In this document: positions 1 through 11,519 of the stretch, one piece after another | Numbering within the stretch: position 1 is the stretch's first letter | How the letters are laid out: each line of letters starts with the position of its first letter | Origin: an uncultured virus (IMG/VR IMGVR_UViG_3300025770_000897) | Taxonomy: Duplodnaviria; Heunggongvirae; Uroviricota; Caudoviricetes | Strand: one strand, 5' to 3' | Length of the DNA: 64,000 bases | IMG/VR virus record: IMGVR_UViG_3300025770_000897 | Notes under the pieces: model-generated | What the model saw: the letters and a program-made list of their open reading frames with translations, nothing else | What the model was told of the DNA's origin: nothing | The model's database searches: none | Translations under genes and position numbers: made by a program

Positions 1-648
1 GATGAAAATGCAGAACACCCACGAGAAACTCTTACGAAATCCGTCAAAAAAGCCAAACGGGATGGTTGGAAGCAAGTAAGTTGGATGCAATCAGGTGGCA
101 AGCGAGAAAAACAGATTTGGGGCAAAATGGCTCAAAGCCCTCAATGGAATGCTTGGGTCAAAGACTTCACTGCACGATGCAAATCCGAAGGAAGCATTAT
201 GAGCGAAACATACATGGTTTTTAATGGAACTGCTTACTGGAAAGACACCTACGACCCAGACCACATGGGCGAAGAAGGAGAGTGGGCAATCTTAACCAAA
301 GACAACAAAGTTCTTTTGTTTTACTATTATTCTGACTGGGAGAATAATACGACTGTAATGAGAAAAACTTTCACCGTGCCGACGAAACCTGTGGCTAAAG
401 CCAAGCCCAAACCCAAAGCACGAGCCAAAAGAACCACTACGAAACCCAAGGCTAAGGTTGCTAAGAAAACTACAACTCGTAAAGCCAAGCCAAAGGCTAA
501 AGCCAAGACTGGCCGTAAAGCACCTACAATTTCAGCCACTCGCCGAAAGATTGGCACTCGCATGAGAGGCAACGATGGTAAAATGTGGGAAGTCAAGAAA
601 TCTGGAAAATCACAACGATGGATTGCTGGAGCAGAAACTTTACAATGA
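1..648 (+). CDS. Basic nucleoprotein-like protein, 5'-truncated: histone H1-like K/A/P tract plus a C-terminal GNDG-W module
   Basis: Frame 1 is open from base 1. Contains KPVAKAKPKPKARAK low-complexity tract and RKAPTISATRRKIGTRMRGNDGKMWEVKKSGKSQRW; ends in GAETLQ. Confidence 0.75.
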   Translation, partial: DENAEHPRETLTKSVKKAKRDGWKQVSWMQSGGKREKQIWGKMAQSPQWNAWVKDFTARCKSEGSIMSETYMVFNGTAYWKDTYDPDHMGEEGEWAILTKDNKVLLFYYYSDWENNTTVMRKTFTVPTKPVAKAKPKPKARAKRTTTKPKAKVAKKTTTRKAKPKAKAKTGRKAPTISATRRKIGTRMRGNDGKMWEVKKSGKSQRWIAGAETLQ

Positions 649-690
649 TTGGAAAGAAGACCTAAATAGTTAGACTACCAATTATTTACT

Positions 691-876
691 ATGTCTATTG
701 CACTTCGTTGTTATGAGTGCCAAGAATGGTTACATCAACCCGCACGAGGATGGGCAATTTGTCCTTGTAAAAAGTTAAAGTTATCTTCTACGGGAGGCGT
801 TAGAGGATTATATACAGAATTTTGGAATGAAGAAAAAGATATACACATTATTCATGAAAATCCAAGAGGTATGTAG
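691..876 (+). CDS. Small Cys-rich (zinc-finger-like) protein
   Basis: CYEC...CPC motifs; TATA variant CCTAAATA at 661, 30 nt before ATG. Confidence 0.65.
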   Translation: MSIALRCYECQEWLHQPARGWAICPCKKLKLSSTGGVRGLYTEFWNEEKDIHIIHENPRGM

Positions 877-912
877 GCAAACTACAAATAGTGAAAAAGA
901 CCACAGCAACTT

Positions 913-1563
913 ATGGAGTCTTACACCGAAGGCATTTTAATGCTAAATTGGGTTAAAGAAAGTAATGTTTTAGAAAGCATAGATTATGGTTTTTTAACTA
1001 ATCTCTACTTAGAAGTAGTCCATCTTGCCGAATCTATGCCTTATACTCCAGAAGGCAGAAAGATTCAATTTGATTTAATCAAGTTATCCAGCCGAATCTC
1101 AAATCGTATTGATGATTTAGAAGAGCAATTTGATGAAATTGTAGAAGAAATCTTTGAGGCCACAGCAGATGATATATTAGATGCAGGAGATACTGACCAA
1201 TCCAACGAGGATAAAACTTATACCAAAGAAGTAACCATGAGTAGAGAAATAAATATCCGAGTTAGTTGGAGCATAAGTGAGGTTGAAGGGCCAATCGGAG
1301 AGGTGCCTCGTGATAACCCATATGATTTTACTGACTTTGATAGAGATGTAATAGAAGAAGCCGTTGATGAATGGTATGATAATTTAGATATGATGGATTA
1401 TGTAGATTTTGATGATGAAAGCGGAGAAGAAACCGAGTCAGACTCACTACAAGTTGAGTTTGATGATGAGTTAGCCCCTATAACTGTTACCGTTGAGTGT
1501 GAAGTAACATTTGATTGGTCGGGAGATGATGAAACCGCTTCAACCGAATGGGAAGAATCTTAA
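913..1563 (+). CDS. Acidic hypothetical protein
   Basis: 216-aa ORF, D/E-rich C-terminal half; TATA variant TACAAATA at 883. Confidence 0.75.
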   Translation: MESYTEGILMLNWVKESNVLESIDYGFLTNLYLEVVHLAESMPYTPEGRKIQFDLIKLSSRISNRIDDLEEQFDEIVEEIFEATADDILDAGDTDQSNEDKTYTKEVTMSREINIRVSWSISEVEGPIGEVPRDNPYDFTDFDRDVIEEAVDEWYDNLDMMDYVDFDDESGEETESDSLQVEFDDELAPITVTVECEVTFDWSGDDETASTEWEES

Positions 1564-1567
1564 ATAG

Positions 1568-1891
1568 ATGATAGTTAATAGACCTACTATGCCTGAAGAT
1601 TGGATGAGAGATTATTACGGATATAGCCGCATTTGGAACTCCCTACTTAATGGAACCATACCACAGCACCAAGTTAAGAATCCTGATATGGGAGCCACTT
1701 TGCGCCTTTTGATAGAACAACTGGAACAAATGGCCGAAGAAATTGAAAAGAAAGAAGATTTTGAGGCTGATATTACTTTGCGTTTCAATGATAAAATATA
1801 CAGTATTGAAATTAAACAAGTAGCAGGTTTAGAGCCTGATGAAGATAACACTTCCGACATTTCTGATGAAGATTCCTCAAATGGGGCATAA
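1568..1891 (+). CDS. Hypothetical protein
   Basis: 107-aa ORF starting 4 nt after the previous stop. Confidence 0.65.
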   Translation: MIVNRPTMPEDWMRDYYGYSRIWNSLLNGTIPQHQVKNPDMGATLRLLIEQLEQMAEEIEKKEDFEADITLRFNDKIYSIEIKQVAGLEPDEDNTSDISDEDSSNGA

Positions 1892-1973
1892 TCAGGAAAC
1901 AGTTAATCTTAAATAGAAAGAGATACTTACATTAAGGTAGAGGGAAAAGCGGTTTCCCTATGAACAAACTTTA

Positions 1974-3686
<1,713 letters not shown>

Positions 3687-3852
3687 GTAATAACACGATA
3701 AGTAATGACGGATGAGATTCTATGAAGAGTCTTTTCTTGAACTTGTTTCGTGCAGTTATTTGGATGTTAATGTTTCCGTGGTCTTGGATTATTGGAGAAG
3801 ATTTGCCTTGATTCAAGGAAGTTTTAAGTAAGTGAAAACCTATACACATACT

Positions 3853-4119
3853 ATGAACCCCCGTCGTATGACACCAGCCCAAATGCGTGTGCTTTGCAGC
3901 CGAAAGCAACTTCAAGAATATGTTGGCAAGAGACTTAGTTCTCTCAACAAGCGTAGCGTTGCTTCATGGAATAATCGAAACGAAAAATCAAATCGTGCGA
4001 AAGTTAATCTTGATGCGCTCACAATGGAGACTTTAATTTACATCGCTTCGGCTTTGAATAAATCAGAAAGGATTTCTATAACGCCAGTTATTGCTGAATC
4101 GTTAGAATCTGAAGAGTAA
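3853..4119 (+). CDS. Small basic hypothetical protein
   Basis: Start moved to ATG 3853, 30 nt after TTTAAGTA at 3823. Confidence 0.7.
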   Translation: MNPRRMTPAQMRVLCSRKQLQEYVGKRLSSLNKRSVASWNNRNEKSNRAKVNLDALTMETLIYIASALNKSERISITPVIAESLESEE

Positions 4120-4174
4120 GCGAAGTTTTAAATAGCAGCACAACTTCCAGAATACCATACTGGATTGATGTAAA

Positions 4175-4423
4175 ATGGCATTGAGCGACCACCAAGATTC
4201 TGAACACTTTTCCTATGGAAGAACATGGGATGAAATCGAACAGATGTTATACGCAGCAGAACGCAAACAGAATTATTGGGTGAATACCTTCTTTCAAGCC
4301 AGAGAACGTGGTAACAAAACTATTATGAAGGAAGCAGCACGCAACAAGAAAGCATTAGAAGGTGTAATCAAAACCCTTCGTTGGACCCTCGGTGATATTG
4401 ATGTTACGCACCCGCTTGAGTAA
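4175..4423 (+). CDS. Small helical hypothetical protein
   Basis: 82-aa ORF with TTTAAATA at 4127; motif KALEGVIKTLRWTLGD. Confidence 0.75.
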   Translation: MALSDHQDSEHFSYGRTWDEIEQMLYAAERKQNYWVNTFFQARERGNKTIMKEAARNKKALEGVIKTLRWTLGDIDVTHPLE

Positions 4424-4515
4424 GTTTCTTACAATTTTGACGTTTAAGTTCTTGTCCTATCGAGGAGAACTTTCTCCTGAACAATATAACATACTTGTTG
4501 AAAGGGTTGAATCTT

Positions 4516-4629
4516 ATGTCTGATTGGATACCAGTAGGCGGTCCTTGCCGCAGACAATGTGATGTAGATTCCAAAACTTTGGTTTGTCATTCTTGTGGAA
4601 TGTGGTTTCGTAAAAATAACAATAGGTGA
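4516..4629 (+). CDS. 37-aa Cys4 microprotein (DUF1289-like pattern)
   Basis: Hand translation MSDWIPVGGPCRRQCDVDSKTLVCHSCGMWFRKNNNR; below the ORF-track length cutoff. Confidence 0.45.
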   Translation: MSDWIPVGGPCRRQCDVDSKTLVCHSCGMWFRKNNNR

Positions 4630-4642
4630 TTTTACCGAAGTC

Positions 4643-4650
4643 TTTAAGTA
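4643..4650 (+). promoter_or_regulatory. Archaeal TATA box TTTAAGTA with upstream BRE-like CCGAAG
   Basis: accgaagtctttaagtatcagaa, the full consensus form. Confidence 0.8.
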
Positions 4651-4684
4651 TCAGAACAACTCATGCTGAGTTAGGTGCAAAGTA

Positions 4685-6021
4685 TGGATGCAAAGACTAT
4701 CACAGGCGCAGGAATGATTATTGGTGGTGGCATTCTCGGCTACCGTTCCATGAAAGAACTATCAGGTTTGGGCTGCTACGGTCCTGCTGGATATTTAACA
4801 CTTGGATTAACTGCTGTTGGCGGAGGACTATTCCTTTTCGGAAAACTTCGTGGAGAAGCCGTTGGAGAAGCCACACAAGAAATGAAAGATGAAATCGCTG
4901 GCGTTATGGGTGCAGAATCTATGGGCAAGTGTTTTTCATGTGGTAAAGATGCAGTTTCCGAAAGTCTTGGTCATTGTCTTGATTGTGGACAACAATATAA
5001 TGCTGAAGTAGAATACATGGGAATCCCAGTTATTGCTAACTCTTTCGGTGATTCATCTGCTTTGGAATCTGGTGACGGAGTTCCACAATGGTATGGCTCC
5101 GCAGAAACTTTTGAAGCCTCCGGCTACGGAGGAACAGGACCCCGCACCGTTATGACAACTGCTGACGGCACTCGCAAATACATTCGTCGTAACAAGAAAG
5201 GACAATTCACACCTTACCAAGTAAATATCGCAGGTAAGAAAGGCTCGGCTTCTATTGACCGACGCATGAATGCCCGAAACTATGCTAAGTCTGGACACAG
5301 GGACCAAGGAGACGCAAATCCAGTCGGTATGATTGACCGTGCTTCCCGTAGCATTGAAAACGCTATTGGTGGTGTTTTCGGTTCAGAAACAATTGAAACT
5401 CAAATGGAACCAGTTATTCCTAACTCTTACGGAGACAACTCTGCTTTGTCCTCCAGCAACGGAGTTCCACAATGGTATGGTAGCGCAGAAACTGAAATGG
5501 GTCTTCCAGTAGTTCCTAACTCCTTTGGAGAAGAATCCACAGTTGTTAGTTCAGGACACGGAGTTCCACAATGGATTGGCTCTGCTGAGTTCGAGGCACA
5601 ACCTCGCACCCGTATGACTACTGCTGGCGGCACTCGTAAGTATGTTCGTCGCAACGACAAGGGACAATTCACTACTTATCAAGTCAATGTTGATGGTAAG
5701 CGTGGAGCAGCCTCCATTGACCGACGTATGAAGGCTAAGAATTATGCCAAGCCCGGATACCGCAACGAAGGAGACGCTAACCCTGTTCGACAATCTGACC
5801 GAAAGAATGCAGAGGCTCGCACTCGCATGACCCTTCAAGACGGCACACGCCGATATGTTCGACGCAACAAGCAAGGACAGTTCACCAATTACCAAGTAAA
5901 TGTTGATGGTAAGAAAGGTGCTATCGCTAACGACCGCCGACAAAAGGCTAAGAACTATGCCAAGCCCGGATTCCGTAATGAAGGCGATGCAAAAGCAACC
6001 CGTCAAAGCGACCGTCGTTAA
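4685..6021 (+). CDS. Membrane-anchored mosaic polyprotein: two N-terminal TM helices, Zn finger, 3 GVPQW repeats, 3 RRNxKGQF basic repeats
   Basis: Repeats visible in protein and DNA; modules separated by GAE/NAE/SAE/GSE. GTG 4675 is an alternative start. Confidence 0.8.
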
Positions 6022-6065
6022 GATTCTACGAAGGTTTAAGTAGCAGAAACCACATAGTTCTCTAC

Positions 6066-6434
6066 ATGGACTTTGATGACAGTTTGAAAAAGGCTGTTGC
6101 GGCTCAACAAGCCAGAGATAAACTTCGTCGTCAAGCGCAAGGCGAAAGAACAGGACTTTCAGATTCCAAGCGTCGTGCCGACCCGACACGTCATCAACGA
6201 ACTCCAGAACCAAAAGTTTCATCGAGAGATATTCAACATCCCACTGGAACTCCAGATTGGATTTCTCAAATACAAAAACAAAACGAAACTTCTGAGGCTC
6301 CTAATTTAATTCCTGAATCAGACCCAATTCGTCGCAACATTCAAGGCAACCAATCTCGATTGCTAAACAATGCTGAAGAAGAATTAGAAAAGATAAGAAA
6401 ACAACTACGCCGTGCTTACGGTTTGGAGGATTGA
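6066..6434 (+). CDS. Hypothetical protein
   Basis: TTTAAGTA at 6035, 31 nt before ATG. Confidence 0.75.
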   Translation: MDFDDSLKKAVAAQQARDKLRRQAQGERTGLSDSKRRADPTRHQRTPEPKVSSRDIQHPTGTPDWISQIQKQNETSEAPNLIPESDPIRRNIQGNQSRLLNNAEEELEKIRKQLRRAYGLED

Positions 6435-6438
6435 GTCA

Positions 6439-6924
6439 ATGTCAATTCGTCGTCAAGGTTTTCAATGGGTCGTGGCCGACCTCGGCAATCTACCACCTAA
6501 AGACATAGAACTTTTAGAAAATCGCCCTCAATCTGTGTTCTATTCTAAAATTGGAACTGCAACCATTACCAATCGTTTAACAACTAAGGGCGATGAGTTT
6601 TTGGTTCTTCAATACATAGGTAGCACACCCGGCATTTACGGTTTGGCTAACAACTGGAAACCCGGTGGTTTCGTGAACATTGTAGTTGAATCCACGGCTT
6701 ACTATCAAACTCTTGATGGTCGAGATGCACAAGGGATGTCTGGCACAGCAGCCCCGTATCCGATTTCATCCACAGCCTCTCCAGTGCTTCAAAATTGGAT
6801 TCCAATTGAAATACCACCCGGAACTAACTGGAACGTCACTTATTTTATTTCTAATGCTTTGGTTGAGCCGATTGAGGCATTCCCCAGCGGCGATGGATTT
6901 TCATGGACTACCACAGGAGCGTGA
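6439..6924 (+). CDS. Capsid-family paralogue (jelly-roll-like) lacking the conserved C-terminal segment
   Basis: MSIRRQGFQW, WKPGGFVNIVVESTAYYQ, GMSGTAAPYP and IEIPPGTNW align with 58289 and 45235; GGAGGA RBS before ATG 6439. Confidence 0.75.
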   Translation: MSIRRQGFQWVVADLGNLPPKDIELLENRPQSVFYSKIGTATITNRLTTKGDEFLVLQYIGSTPGIYGLANNWKPGGFVNIVVESTAYYQTLDGRDAQGMSGTAAPYPISSTASPVLQNWIPIEIPPGTNWNVTYFISNALVEPIEAFPSGDGFSWTTTGA

Positions 6925-6928
6925 AACT

Positions 6929-9781
6929 TTGGGTTTGGCTTATGATTTAGATTCTAAAAAGTTTCCCAACCTGAGACTTAACGATTGGTCTTACGTTCTT
7001 TTTCAAGGTGATAGCAATCTCTTTTTAGCCTCTGGTGGTCCACTAAGGGTTGAAGGTATAGACATCCCTCAATTTAATGACGCAAATTATGATGAGTTCG
7101 ATATAATTATCAGAAGCACCACTTATGCTCAAGATTACTATGTAGTTACCGGCAGTTATCGTGCATTTTTTCAAGAACTTAATGGAGGTGCGGGTGCATG
7201 GGCTTGGGATGGATTCGTAACTTTCATTAGAGCGCACAACATTGGAATGGTGAACCCATTCCTTGATGTCCCCGACCCATGCCCTGAAAGTTTCGCTAAT
7301 GACCCCACCAAGTTTTGGCTAACTCCCGGTGTCCTTGAGGGAGGATTCAGATACAACCAACCTTTTTCTCCTGACCTAAACGCTTTTTTCACTTATCTTG
7401 CTCGAATGCCTTACGAAGTAGAACCAGATTTGACAGGCATCGGTTCAGACAGCACACCGGGAATATATGCTATTGACCAAGTAAAAGCCTCCACTATTTA
7501 TCCAGAGTTCAGAATTACAGCAGGAGGTCATCAAAGAATTGCTGCCTCAGAGGGTATGACAAGTTCTCAAAACTATTCGGGTTGGATAACTCAACTTATT
7601 TTCGCTCAAAAGGATGAGTTCGTAATTGGTTTAACCGAAAATGTCCCCGGTGGACGTGACACTACACAACCATACAGAGGTTTGGAGTTTTTACCGGCTC
7701 AGTCATTTACAGCCTCGTGGAAAGGTGATTCAGCCAACCACATTGGTAGATATTTAGCCACATACCCTGCTAAAACTAATACTATGCCTCATATAAGAAT
7801 ATCTATTGAAAATGTAGCCAGAGGAATCAATACTACCACCACCCCTTATACCACTTACAATTTTGATTTACTCACTACTGTTGATAATGGTTATTACATT
7901 AGTAGAATCCATGACCTTGTAGTTACCAATGGAGGACCCTTCCCTTTGCTGATAGGTGAAGCATCACTTCAATTTCAACGTCAATGTATTGCTATCACAG
8001 GAGAAGCCATCGCTGACGATGGTGGAGGTGGTGTCAGTTTTACCACACCGTATGTCGCCTATTGGCAACGAGATAATGCACCCCCACCCGTCGGCACAGG
8101 ATTAGCCGACCTTTACACTTCATTAGGAAATAAAAATTGGGGTCTTGATGCCTCAATACCTGCTTACAATCTTAATGGTGCTTACGGCACAGTTCTGATT
8201 CCCACAGTTGGTATCGCCAACGTCACTGACCTGACTAATATGGCAATTGGTGTTGATAATGTCACTCATGGTGCCACCACTTCAGCCGAAATCTATGTAG
8301 CCAACTTTCAATACGTTTTAGGTGCTTTTGATATGGGGGCTCCAAACTTTACGCCAGCAAAATCTGAAACAGTCTATCCTTTTGCGGTCAAAGGTGGTGG
8401 CTTTGAAACAGCCACTGGATTTACGCTTCCAGAAAAATGGTTAGGTAAGGCAATTCAACAAGCCACATATCTAAGAACCGATGAAGAACAAGCCAAAAAT
8501 TACAATTACTACATTGAATGGTTAGCACAATCCGCCAGCAGAGAAAGTGATACTTTCATAGATTACCAAGCCTATGAAGACCGTAGTTTGTTAGCATTAT
8601 TAGAAAGTGACCCCACACTGGGAAAATTACAACCAGACCCTATCAATTATTTAGTTCCATTTAGACCACCTAATTTTTATCAATACGGTTATGGTATAAA
8701 CGGTCCTTCTGGTGACATAGGCTTGCCCGTCAATCTTGCTTATGGTTTGCTTGGATTTTCCACAGGCACAGGACCCGTGATAATCATGTATGATTACGGA
8801 ACACTCAATATGTATGTGACGAATACCAATCCTATAACTTACGGCATTGGCTCAGACGCAGCAGCCGCAGCCTTCTTAGGACAAACTTTCGACACAATAT
8901 CCGTAGGTAACTCTATCAATGCCGCAATTGTAAATGACAGCAGTTCAACCACCCGCAAACCTGTTTCAGCCCGTTGGGATGCAGACCGTGACCAATGGAT
9001 ATTCACTTTTGCAGATTCTGGCGGCGGTTCATTAGTTTCATGCAATTCTGCTTTCAACCGACAACCACCTACACAAATTGCTTACCTTGACCAAACCGAC
9101 CAATTCGAGGGCATAGATTCTGATTCACAAAGCAGTTTATACATTTCTCGCAATATGACTCCATTTTTAGATGGTTTAGTTCTTTTCGGAGGGGCTTTAG
9201 AGACCAATAACAAGGGTCAAGCAGCCATTACTTCAATTGAAATGGTAATTCCTAATCCACCCTTTGAAGGTGGAACTCGAACTGTTCGAGGATTCCAGCC
9301 TTATGTTATTCAAGGAACTACGGGTCGTGAAGCCCGTGTATGGGTTGATTACTTACTTTTCGACGGTGTGGATTCTATGGTAGCAACCGAACTTCAAAGT
9401 CTCGGCTTGAGAGTTACAGTTGAAAATGTAGAATGGTATAAGGCTAAGATTCTCAAAGCAGGTAAAACGGGAATCACCCCTGAAGAAATTGAGGATTGGG
9501 TTCGTTCACAACAAACTGAATATCGTGAAACTTTGAAATTAAAAGAACGTCAAGGTAGGCTTCGCACACGTCGTCGCCAACAAGCCGCATGGAGAGAAGG
9601 TTTAGAAGACACCATTTCAGGTGATTTCCAAGAAACAACTGGTTTCGAGTCTTTGGAATCTTTGGATACTGCCGCAGAAACATTTGTGCCATCACCATCC
9701 GATTCAGCCCCGATTTCAGGTAACAAAAGTAAGAAACATTCCAGTATCCAGAAATCAAAAGCAGATAAAAAGCGAGATTAA
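6929..9781 (+). CDS. Large beta-rich virion protein (vertex/spike candidate) ending in the capsid-family C-terminal motif
   Basis: Likely TTG start 6929 after GGAGCGTGA (ORF track starts at 6686). VWVDYLLFDGVDSMVATELQSLGLRVTVENVEWYK matches FVKYTLYDGPDALIANKLLELG..NVDWYK. Confidence 0.75.
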   Translation: MGLAYDLDSKKFPNLRLNDWSYVLFQGDSNLFLASGGPLRVEGIDIPQFNDANYDEFDIIIRSTTYAQDYYVVTGSYRAFFQELNGGAGAWAWDGFVTFIRAHNIGMVNPFLDVPDPCPESFANDPTKFWLTPGVLEGGFRYNQPFSPDLNAFFTYLARMPYEVEPDLTGIGSDSTPGIYAIDQVKASTIYPEFRITAGGHQRIAASEGMTSSQNYSGWITQLIFAQKDEFVIGLTENVPGGRDTTQPYRGLEFLPAQSFTASWKGDSANHIGRYLATYPAKTNTMPHIRISIENVARGINTTTTPYTTYNFDLLTTVDNGYYISRIHDLVVTNGGPFPLLIGEASLQFQRQCIAITGEAIADDGGGGVSFTTPYVAYWQRDNAPPPVGTGLADLYTSLGNKNWGLDASIPAYNLNGAYGTVLIPTVGIANVTDLTNMAIGVDNVTHGATTSAEIYVANFQYVLGAFDMGAPNFTPAKSETVYPFAVKGGGFETATGFTLPEKWLGKAIQQATYLRTDEEQAKNYNYYIEWLAQSASRESDTFIDYQAYEDRSLLALLESDPTLGKLQPDPINYLVPFRPPNFYQYGYGINGPSGDIGLPVNLAYGLLGFSTGTGPVIIMYDYGTLNMYVTNTNPITYGIGSDAAAAAFLGQTFDTISVGNSINAAIVNDSSSTTRKPVSARWDADRDQWIFTFADSGGGSLVSCNSAFNRQPPTQIAYLDQTDQFEGIDSDSQSSLYISRNMTPFLDGLVLFGGALETNNKGQAAITSIEMVIPNPPFEGGTRTVRGFQPYVIQGTTGREARVWVDYLLFDGVDSMVATELQSLGLRVTVENVEWYKAKILKAGKTGITPEEIEDWVRSQQTEYRETLKLKERQGRLRTRRRQQAAWREGLEDTISGDFQETTGFESLESLDTAAETFVPSPSDSAPISGNKSKKHSSIQKSKADKKRD

Positions 9782-9800
9782 GACGCAGAAAACCTTAATC

Positions 9801-9808
9801 TTTAAGTA
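9801..9808 (+). promoter_or_regulatory. TATA box, leaderless gene
   Basis: TTTAAGTATCAGAA, 30 nt before ATG 9831. Confidence 0.8.
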
Positions 9809-9830
9809 TCAGAAAACACTCATATAGGGT

Positions 9831-10283
9831 ATGTCTGAAAAGACAGATGAATACTACGGCATTGTGGATTTACCGATTAACCCTTCAACAGTTTCAATCG
9901 GAACTATCAATGTTGCTGAAAATGTTTGTTTAGACACACTCGTTATTGGACCCAACGCTGCTGCATATCTGGCAGGGTTAGAGTTTGTTATTTTGTTAGA
10001 CGGACAAAGTGTTTGGGAAGGCCACGTTCCCGAAACAGGTCGTCACATTGGTATTCCTACGGAAATGTCTCATTCAGAAGAAAAAAGATTACTCATGGTT
10101 TTGGTTAATCCTTCTGATTATCTACCTCCAATGGATTTTGATACCAGCAGTATTTTGGTTGCAGTTAAGGGTTCAGTAGGAGAATGCCCTTTAATGATAG
10201 ACATTCCAGATTATCCTGAAGAGTTCGATTCCGAAGAAGGAAACTTTGCTTTTGACACCGATTTCCAATCCGATTGGATTTAA
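9831..10283 (+). CDS. Small beta-rich protein (possible single jelly-roll minor capsid protein)
   Basis: Alternating beta-strand patterns LDTLVIG, FVILLDGQSVW, LLMVLVN, ILVAVKG. Confidence 0.6.
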   Translation: MSEKTDEYYGIVDLPINPSTVSIGTINVAENVCLDTLVIGPNAAAYLAGLEFVILLDGQSVWEGHVPETGRHIGIPTEMSHSEEKRLLMVLVNPSDYLPPMDFDTSSILVAVKGSVGECPLMIDIPDYPEEFDSEEGNFAFDTDFQSDWI

Positions 10284-10319
10284 GGATGTTTTAAGTAGGT
10301 GCGCCAACCTAACAACAAC

Positions 10320-11519
10320 ATGGCACAGATGCTGTTATTTACAGGAAAAGGTGGCGTAGGCAAATCTACTGTCTCGGCTGCTACGGCTTTGCACCACGCT
10401 CATTCAGGGCTACGAACACTTTTAGTTTCTTCGGACCCAGCCCATAGCACCGATGATACTCTCGGCATCCGAGTCGGATTCGAGCCAACCCCAGTAACAG
10501 GTGTTCCTAACTTGTGGGCTAAAAATCTTAATGCCGAAGAACTCGCCGGCGATTTTTTTGGTCAAATTGAAACTCTCATGGATAAATCTTTCGGAAGCCT
10601 CCCCGGTTTTGATTCGTCTATGTTATCCGAACTTTCTAAGTTTCCGGGCATGGATGAAGCCTTTGCTTTAGAAGAAATTAACCGATTGTGTTCAGGCACA
10701 GATTATGACTTAATCGTTTTCGATACAGCACCCACAGGACACACCTTGAAAGCCCTTTCTGCACCAGATTATCTCAATACATTCCTTCTTAAGATTCTTC
10801 GTATGAAAGCCAAGATTGAAAATCTCAAAGGTTTCTTTATCAAAAAAGGAGATACCTCTAAATTGGTGGCTCTAATGGAAGACTTCATCAAGCGTATTGA
10901 ACGACTCAAAGCGTTGCTGCGTAATCCTGAATACGTTAGCATCAATTTGGTTTCTATTCCAACCGAAGCGGGTTATGCTGAGTGCGCTCGAACTGTCCGA
11001 TTCATGGACAGCATGAATATCCCAGTAAATCACATTATTATCAATCAAATTATCCCAAACTTTGGAGAGGATGTTTGGGCTACTGCGGCGAATAATCCTG
11101 CCGCAGCCTTGCTCCATAACGAATGGTTGATTCAACAGCCATATCTTGAAAAGTTTCGGACACTTTCATCCGAAACATCTATCCGAATCGTAGGAATGAC
11201 TCGATTACCATTTGAACCTCGTGGTTCACGACTCACCGAAGTTGCAGAAACTCTCTGGAATGAAAGGGGACTTCGTTTTGAAACTTTTGAATCATTCAAC
11301 ATTTCTGAATCCGAAGGCAAAGCCGTTATTCGCACAGCGTATATCACTTCCGCTAAATGGAGTCGAAACAATCGAGAGTTTTATTATGGTGGTTCAGATG
11401 CCTCAGTTGGTAATTTTGTTTATGAACTTTCGGATTTACCCGATGTCAAGATTTCACGTCGCAAGCAACTGGGCAACGTAGTTTTGACTTGGAAGCCAGA
11501 GGCGGATTCGGATGATTGA
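10320..11519 (+). CDS. ArsA/Get3 (TRC40)-family ATPase, single domain with C-terminal extension
   Basis: TGKGGVGKST P-loop, SSDPAHS switch I, PGMDEAF, DTAPTGHT switch II; start 30 nt after TATA at 10290. Confidence 0.92.
   Translation: MAQMLLFTGKGGVGKSTVSAATALHHAHSGLRTLLVSSDPAHSTDDTLGIRVGFEPTPVTGVPNLWAKNLNAEELAGDFFGQIETLMDKSFGSLPGFDSSMLSELSKFPGMDEAFALEEINRLCSGTDYDLIVFDTAPTGHTLKALSAPDYLNTFLLKILRMKAKIENLKGFFIKKGDTSKLVALMEDFIKRIERLKALLRNPEYVSINLVSIPTEAGYAECARTVRFMDSMNIPVNHIIINQIIPNFGEDVWATAANNPAAALLHNEWLIQQPYLEKFRTLSSETSIRIVGMTRLPFEPRGSRLTEVAETLWNERGLRFETFESFNISESEGKAVIRTAYITSAKWSRNNREFYYGGSDASVGNFVYELSDLPDVKISRRKQLGNVVLTWKPEADSDD

Noticed and set aside
3722..3811. 29-aa hydrophobic ORF MKSLFLNLFRAVIWMLMFPWSWIIGEDLP
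   Set aside because: Too short to support without homologues, though plausible.
4626..4892. 88-aa ORF overlapping the promoter and start of gene 4685
   Set aside because: Runs through the TATA element and is an out-of-frame shadow.
6686..6928. ORF-track N-terminal extension of the 1031-aa ORF
   Set aside because: Overlaps the conserved part of the capsid paralogue in another frame; TTG 6929 has an RBS context like 54412 and 54941.
10320..11519. Arsenic-resistance operon
   Set aside because: Single ATPase domain with no arsB/acr3/arsC/arsR neighbours.
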